From NCBI GenBank assembly GCA_023396095.1, contig JAEWXG010000012.1, positions 97,718 through 161,717 on the forward strand: DNA of 64,000 nucleotides, written 5' to 3'. The position numbers and the translations under genes are program-made. Shown piece after piece: positions 38,001-47,000 of this stretch (position 1 is the stretch's first letter; every line of letters starts with the position of its first letter). Origin of the DNA: Bacillota bacterium. GTDB lineage: Bacteria > Bacillota > Clostridia > Christensenellales > UBA3700. A model generated the notes under the pieces. It worked only from the letters and a program-made list of their open reading frames with translations. It had not been told where the DNA came from and did not search any database.

Positions 38001-41000
38001 AATTTATCTCTAAGCATTGGTCCTAATCCTATTCTTAACCCAGTTATAATAGGCATCAATCCACTAACTACGCCCGTCGTCCCAGGTAAACTATTAATCT
38101 TAATAATTATTTGATCAACAGAAAGATATGCATTTACATCAGAGCCATCAGGGCCATTTATTACAACTTTTATTCCGGATTTAACACTTCCTTGTGCTCC
38201 TACTGTCCTTGTAAATTCTGTATTATCTCTTTTTGCTTTTACGAATAATGATCTCTTGCTTGTGTCGCCGTTATATGATGAGTTATTTGTAATACTCAAA
38301 TTCAAGAAATCAGCTCCATCCGCACCCGTAATTAGTTGTATAACGTTAAATATTAATGCTCTTAAATTTGTCTTATCTTTTGCTATAGCAAGTGCTTTTA
38401 AATCTCCCATTGATAATGCAGCGTATTCACCAGCTTCTGCTTGAGTTGGAATAATATCATTAATATTAGTATAAATTCCATTATTGCCGATAAACTCTCT
38501 AAATTTAAAATTCTTTGCTTCTAATTTTATGTATCCTTTAGATGGAACAGTTGTTTGGTTAGAATTTGCAAAATCTTCAGTATTATAAATTCTTCCGCCG
38601 TCCTTTTTGTTTTCCAAATCGATAACTAGTTTTACAAAATCAATTCCACTTTCAAGTGTTGTTCCGTTCAACTCAGTTTTAACAGCAAACGCCAACATTA
38701 TATCGTTGAAACTAAAGTTATTTAAATATTCAAGCAATTTATTTTGCGCATCAAGAACTTTTTGATTTTCTGGATCATTGAATTGTTGTGTTCCTGGATT
38801 ATAATCAGCACTATTTGCAACTAATAAATCGTTAATCTTTTTATATGCTATTCTCTCAATAAACTTTTTGATGAATGTATCATTAATTTTTACAACAACT
38901 TTAGTGCGAATTCCAGAAACTGCTCCAGATGCATTGTTAATTAACTCTGATCTAATATCTAACTCTGTTCTAATCTTGTTATAATCCGCTATTTCTTCTG
39001 GAGTAGCACCAGACATAGCCATCCTTGTGATAAAGCTTGCATTTTCTGGGAATAAAGTTGGTCCCATGATAGCCAACAAATTAATACCAGTCATTTTTAT
39101 CTTCATTAATCCAAGTTTTTCTAAATCAATATATATTGCATTGTCTTTTGCTATATATGTTATAGCCATTATGACTTGCTCATTATCTTTAACTACCAAT
39201 TTAACTCCAGAATTATTCTTAAATGCTGTAGGACTATCAAAATCTAAAATAGCTCTTGCTTCAAGTTTAAAATTATATTCCTTTCCTTCATTTATGATAA
39301 ATCCAGACTCATAATTTGTAGTCTTTAATAATTCTTTATCAAGAATTTCAAATAGCTTCTTTATAATTGAGTTACTATCATTTGTAAGCTTAATATCTAA
39401 AGTCGCATCAAATCCTAAATCGATTTTTCTAATCGGCAAATTGGCAGCAAAAGGCGCTCCATTTACAATCGACATGAGTTTATCAAACGATAATGATGAA
39501 AATTTAGATAATTTGTTATCTTCAATTTCTTGGATTGGATCTTGATCATAGAATGTTGCATACTCAGGCTTCTTAGCATTACAACTATCTATTACCTTAA
39601 ATGCGGTTCCAGGCCTATTGTTTAAGAATGCTGTTAATTCTACAGTCATGACTCCTGTCTCATTTTTAACACCCTGTTCAACTACAATTTTAATTTCAGC
39701 TTTTCCAGATTCTCCTCCAGTTTGAGAATTGTTTGGACGAACATATTTTAAAGCTATTTCACTCATTGTCGGAATAGCATCCTTTATATATCCAAACATT
39801 TCTTTTTTGTCTTGTGCAGCTTTTTTATCTGCCTCTGAGACTGCGTTATTAACATCTTCTATAAGTTTATTTTCTATAACTTCTAAAATAAGGGATATTA
39901 CTGAAGAATTAATTGAAAGATCAATGCCTTCTTGAAGAACCGATACTCTCAACACAGCTTGTCCAGCTCCTTTAGTTTCATCCTTTGCCATCTTCTGCGC
40001 ACTTGTTGCTTTTGCAGAAGTTGACATTTCAGCTAACGATTCAATAAATTGTTGTACCTTTAAATTCCCCTTAATTAATCCTAATAAATCAAAGTTTTCA
40101 AGCTTAACTCCTGATATACCTAATATTGGGAATTCAACAGCTAACATCTTATCTTCTTGGCTATATAGTATATTTAACACTGTTCTTTGTTCAACTGTAT
40201 TGGTTTCAGAATTTGCTGAATCTTCAACAACTAATAACTGAATTTTTAATTTACTATTATTGACTGAAGTTGTAGTGAATATTTCTGATAGTGGGATATC
40301 GGCATTTAAATATCCTCTAAAGATAGTTTCTACTCCTTCATCAGTTTTTGAATATACCCCTGATACACTGGAGATATCATTTGTAGTGTTTAATTTATTC
40401 ATAACCTTGAATAAACTGCTAACATTAGTATATGCGGAATCTTCCTGTAACGCTTGAATATCTTCTTGAGTATATCCTTTACCTAGAGAATTAAATACAA
40501 GCGCTAACAACCCGCCAATATCCATAAATGGCTTTCCTTCTGATTTAAATTTTATTTCTGTCTCCGCCCTCAATTTTAATGCAAGAGAATGATAAGGTAT
40601 ATATTCATCTTCGTTTATATCAAAGTGAACTGTTTGCCCAATAATAGATGTGTCTCCTACATAGTATAACCCCAATTTGGTTTCTACTTGCTCTTCATCT
40701 ACAAATCCAGGAACTCTACCAATTACTACATCCATACCAAAATCGCCACCGGCATATGTCACACCATCTGGAGTAGTAAAACCACCCAATGTTCTCTCAA
40801 ATCCTAAATGTATTCCTGAAACATCAAAGCCATATCCATAATTAATTGTTGTTTTATATAAATCAAGATAAATTCTTGTAAAATCATCTAATCCCGATTC
40901 TAACTTCATTAAGCTTCTAAACAACGCAGAAAGCATGTTTGGCTCTAACTCAATGTGCGTATAATCATCATTCTCAGTATCCACTTCTTTAATGTATCCT

Positions 41001-44000
41001 AGAATCTTTAATAATTTATCTATTCCATTAGACTGGCTACTTGTATTTGATGATGATTGAGACGCATTAGACTGCGCTGCGCTCACTTCTTTTTGATCAA
41101 TAGCAGACTGAATTGCTCCTTTTATAATTGTTAAAAGATCCAAATCAGTAATCTTAAACTTAGGCATATTAAATGCGGATAGATCTATTAATATATCGTT
41201 TAAGTTAGTGTATATGATTATTGGGCTTTCATAACCAGACACATCAATAATAAGCATCACTTTGCTTTTATAATTTCTTGCAGAAACTTGATCGAAAATA
41301 TCTCCAAAGTTTACTCTTGCCTTCACACTTATTTTAACGTGTTTTGGATTATCGGAGAAACCTGACCCCATTTTTATTTCTGTTTTTAATCTTGACAAAA
41401 TAGACATAGGGGAATCAGCCTCAAAAGCTAAATTAGGGCTGAATAAATATTCAGGACTCTTTAAATACAGATTTATAGATGTAGATAAATCTAAATTCAA
41501 GTCTTTTGCTGGTTTTAGGTTGGCAATCATTTGATTGTCATATATACCTTCTCTTAATGTTCTATCAACATTAATCGCAATACCGCCAACGGATACACTT
41601 ATTCCAAAACCTGGTTCTTGCGTTCCCACCTTATTAAATTCTAAGCCAAGCTCAATATTCAATGGAAAAGCCAAATTTGCAGTAGCCTTTACGCAATTTA
41701 ACTCTGCCCCTGGATTTTGTTCTTCAAATTCTCTAATTGCATCTCCTAAGAACGCTGCAGATGCGGCTCTATTTGCAATTTCAAGTAAAAGACCTTGAAT
41801 ATTCATATAAGTCGTTGCGACACTCAATGTTTGTCCATTATTTAGTGCTTTCCTCAATGACTCAATCTGCACTCTAATTTTTTCAGCCGCTTCAGCTGTT
41901 AAAGTTCCTGAATTTAAACTTTCTTCTAAAGCCCGTATGCTATCACTATACTTAGCACGCGTTGATTTATCAACAATATTAATAGTAGCAATATTGGATG
42001 TAATTTTATCAAGTAAGCTTATTACTTCATCAGCAGTCATCTTTGTTTCATTTGTCTCATTACCTGTTGTGCTGCTATTTGTGTTTCCACCTATTACAAG
42101 TTCATCATTATTTAATGCAGTTAATTTTGCTTTGTTAGATTTTACAACTGCACTATTAATAGTACTTATCAAATCTAATCCAAGATTATCAAAATTCAAG
42201 AAAATATCTTCTCCACTTAAGAAGTTAAAATCTACTAAATCTCCATCTTTATTACGAACTTTTGTATCAGGATCACTACCTCTAAAGATTAATCCTTGAT
42301 GTGGTACTTTAATAATTTGTCCGTTAGACATTTCATTAACATAAATATTTGAGTCATAGATTAAACCAAATAATCTCTTAAACTCTCCTCTATCTTTCTT
42401 CTTCAAAGTTAAACCTAATGATGCATAAGAAAGTTGGAAATTTGTACTTAATTTTGCTTTTTCTTGAGCTTTCAAATATTCATAAGTTCCTGGTACTTCA
42501 ACAATTTCCTTCTTAGCAATATCTAACCTTTCAAAATATCTAAATATATCTTGTATATTTATTCTCGCTGAAATTTCTAGAGCATATTTATCATCAAGTG
42601 AAACACTGTCATTAACTTTATTGCCAATAAATTTTAACAATTCAGTTTTGATTTTGTTCATATTTTCTTCAGTGATATTCACACCATCAATGTATTTAAG
42701 TATTGTCGCTAATAAATTAATCGTAGGGTTCCATTCAATATTTGATAAACTACCTGAAACACCAAGTCCAAGTTGTACCTTAAACGATACATATTGTGGA
42801 TTCAAAGAAGTTAATGATATATTAGTTGCATTTTGTGTAGGAACTAACTCGCCACCAATTTTTTGAATTGATATGAATAAATTATATAACTCAAGTTTAC
42901 CTCTTATTGAATCTGTATATTGCCCGTCTTTAATACCTGTTATACCAACATAAACTCCCCAAGTAGTATCATTTGATTTTTGCTCAACATCTAAGCCTAT
43001 TGTATTAACAAATCTATAAAGAGCAATACCATTCAAATCCACACCAAAAATTTGTAATAATCCTTGAATAAGTATTGATTTTATTCTAAATGATAATTTA
43101 CCATTAATTAATTCAACGAATGTTGAAACTGTTGGTTGTTGTTCATCAACTGAAGCACCTCTATTAAGCAATTTCGTTATTAACTCTAATGCGATACTTT
43201 CTGTATTATTGGAAGAAGTATAATAAACTCCTCCATCACTTTCTTCGTAGTATTTCTTGCTCAAAATATCAACAATTAGTGGTACTATTTTCTTTGGAGC
43301 TCCATTAATCTTTAAACCGTTTTCTTCAATACCCAACAAAGATGATTGAATAAAGATAAAATCACCAATAGATGGTCCCTCATAGTAAACAACTAGTAAG
43401 TTATTTGTATAGTGCGTTATAGGATTTTCAATTCTAATAGCAATTTTTATTTTTGCACCATTAAGCAAGGCTTCTATTATTCCTTTTACTAACGCATTTT
43501 TTAATTTTTCCTTAACAGCTGGATTTTTCAACTCTTCTAGAGAATATTCCGATTTCTTGATTTCATTAAAAATTTTGTTAGCAATTTTTGATAATGGGAT
43601 ATCAATCATAAAATCCAACACTAATTTTTCATCTTTATCCATTGAGAAATTAGAGTTTAGATTTGGAATATTAAGACCAAAGTTTTCCATCACTTCCTTT
43701 AGTGCACTGGAAACAATTTCCCCCGGATTAGTAGTATCAACATTTAATGCAAGAGTTGCTCCAATTCTCATATTGTTAGCCCCAGACTTTAGAATATCTG
43801 GATAACTTGATAATCTACCATTTAGGAATTGCATTCCTAAGAATCTTTCTTCACCAAGTTGATTTATAGGTAACATCTTATCTATACGCGCTTTCTTATT
43901 AGGATCATCATCACTTATGTTACTAAAGTCAAGCCCAGCACCCACATAAGGGATGCCTATGTCGACTTGGAAAAGAGTTTTTTCGTCATTCTTAACTTCT

Positions 44001-47000
44001 GCATTAAGATTTATTCCAACCAATCCTCCCTCTTTAGGGAATAAGTTAACACCTAAAGCAAGGATTACATCGATACCAACATCAGTATCTTCAATCCCTA
44101 CAGCCTCCATTATTACTCTTAAAACTTCAGCAGATGTAACAATGGCTATACCTTGTTGCCCTATTCTTACTGCAGATAATAAGCCTAAAATGTTCTGTCC
44201 CTGCATTAAGCCTTTTAAATTATTTAAAAGTGGAGTCAAGTAATCTTTGAAGGCAGTTAAAACATTTGTAGCAACTGACTCTTCTCCATCTGCTTTAGCC
44301 ATAGCAGCATTGCCAGATAATGAGTTACTCGAGTCAGATTTTGGAGCTAAGAATAATCTCTCAAAAGCTGTCCAATTATCTCCAGATAAATTAATCATCA
44401 ACTTTGAGTCATTTACAGTCTGCCCTTCCAATTGCAAGTTGGTATAAAGTCTACCATATACTTTCAAATTGTCCCCATCAATATATAATGTCAACATTCT
44501 ATCTGGCATCGTTTGATTTTCTGAAATACTAAACTGTAAACTTATTGCAATATTTAAAGAAGAAATAACATCTTTTAATCCATCTGATTTTGCTTTTGCC
44601 ACAACCACTGGATCAACATTTTTAGTCTGCATCTTTTTTACGCCTGATAATAATTTAGAAATGTTAACTCTTCCTGTGATGTACATATTAAATATTAATT
44701 CTCTTCCTGGACTATCAAGATGTAAATATCCGCTTAAATTACTAAATATCTTCTTTGTCTCTTCATTTATAACATCTGGATTAGCATTTTGTATTAATTC
44801 TTCTAATTTATCATATAGTTGTTGATAACTGTGATGTAAGAAATCATCACCATTTGTATTTCCTAAAATGAAATTAGTTCTCAATGCTAAATTAACCGCA
44901 ACATACTTTCCTTTGGTCCCGCCACTTGTTTCATAATCATTAACAATTTTGTCTAGATTAAATTCTGTTACTAACTCATCAATTGATGTATATTTATCTT
45001 TTTCACTATCTGGTACATAATTTGTAGATTCAGCCGTTGAAACTGCAATATGCAAATCAGATATTGATAATAATATCTTCATCCCACCTGTTTGATTTAC
45101 TGTATCACTAAACAATATATCAGTTAACGCCAAGTTAATGCCAATTCCGGTTGTTGAATAACTCATCCCAAATGAAATTTTTGCTTTTGGCAAACTCTCT
45201 TCATTAATAACCACAGGATTACCATTACTGTCTTTTACTCCAGCAAGTGCTGTTTTTAAAATCACACCTAGAGCAGTATTTGCTAATGTAATTTGGAATT
45301 CTCTACTTGTAAAACTAATACCACCAATCACTCCTAAAATCATTGATGCCGCATCAATTTTTGCTTTTTCTTTTTTCTTTTCCTCTGTGTTAGTTATATT
45401 CCCAGCATTCTCTTGTCCTGCAATTTCTCCGCTTGCATCATTTACGATTTCTTTATTGCTAGATTTTTCCTTAGCACCAAGAGTTTTAAGTTTTTCATTA
45501 ATCAATTGAACCAAATTTACATTTTGTTTTAAATCTGGTAACGTTGTATCGCCAAAATCAATATATAGCGTTCCATCTCCATTAATATTTCCATTGTTTT
45601 GAATAACTTCTGAATCATACATTAATGTCAAGAATGGCTTTCCATCATATCTATCCCATTCTGGATTATCTCTCCATTGAGTTCCGGAAATAACAGCATT
45701 TATACTCTTCGAGATATCTATTTGAATTTTTGCGTTAATTTGTTTTAATAATTTTTCTGGACTAACTTTTGAGAATAAAACCTTCAAACCTGCAAAACTT
45801 GCTAAATTTTTAAACGCCTCTTCTGTTACTCCAAAATCTTCTAAAGCATTTATTCTCGCAGAAAGTTCTATCGAAATTTGTATTGCTAAATCGAATCCTT
45901 CCGTTGCAGTTATATCTAAACTAAAATCATGGTTAGGCTTGCCCTTGAAAAAAACATCTTCACTTTTTTCTAATTTGTCCTTTAATTCTGGGCTAAGATT
46001 CTTTAAAAATTGAATTAGTTCTAAATTTCCTGCTTGTCCACTTTGTACAAGAAGCCTTATCTTTGTAGAAACTATTACTTTTTTCAATTCAGTTAATTTC
46101 AAGAATTCGCCATTATCACGAGCTGTCTTAACAATGTCCATTCTTGCTTTGTAATCTTCACCAGGGTAGAAAAATAGTTGTAATTTTTCTATTCCCAAAC
46201 TTACTCTAGTATTTGCAGGCTGACTTTCATCATCATCTTGGAATGCTACAGATATTTGCAATTTACCAGCAATATTACTCCAGCTTTCTAATTGTTCCTC
46301 ACCTTGAACACCTTGAACCCCAACTGAAAGTCTAATATCCTTAATTGAATTGTCTATTAAGTTATTAATTAAACCTAACATCAATCCAGTTGTTCCATTA
46401 TTATCTTTTGATAAATTTTTAATGCTTCTTAAAACGCCTGATAAGTTTTCTTGAGATAATACTAAATTAAGCATACCTCCATCAATTGAACTATCATTAA
46501 CTATGGCTGCAATATAATCTAATAACTTAAGATCACCATTAGGACCCATTGCCATAGATTGTATCGCTTGTAACTTATTAGCTTCATTAAAGATTACTTG
46601 TTTATCTTTACCATCATTTAGAATCATTAGTTTTAAATTCTTAACACTGGCTGAATTCTGATTATTAAGTGATGCTTGTACATCTTCCTTAGTAACATCT
46701 TGATTACCACTATTTTTCTTTTCAGCAACCATCCCCATTATAAAGCCAATTAAACCTTTTGATGATAAATCCCTTAAGAATGAAGACATTTTTTGCAAGA
46801 ATGGATTATAAATTAAGCTCTTTAAATCTATACTTCCTATCATAACTTTTGGCATACCGATTCCGGATAAATCCAATAGAACATCGCTATAGCCTACAGA
46901 AGTACTTGGTAATAAATATACTCCTATTAAAACTAAATTATTATCTGATGTATCAGTAAGTTCAACTGAAAGTGTACTCTTGTGAATATTAGCATTTAAT

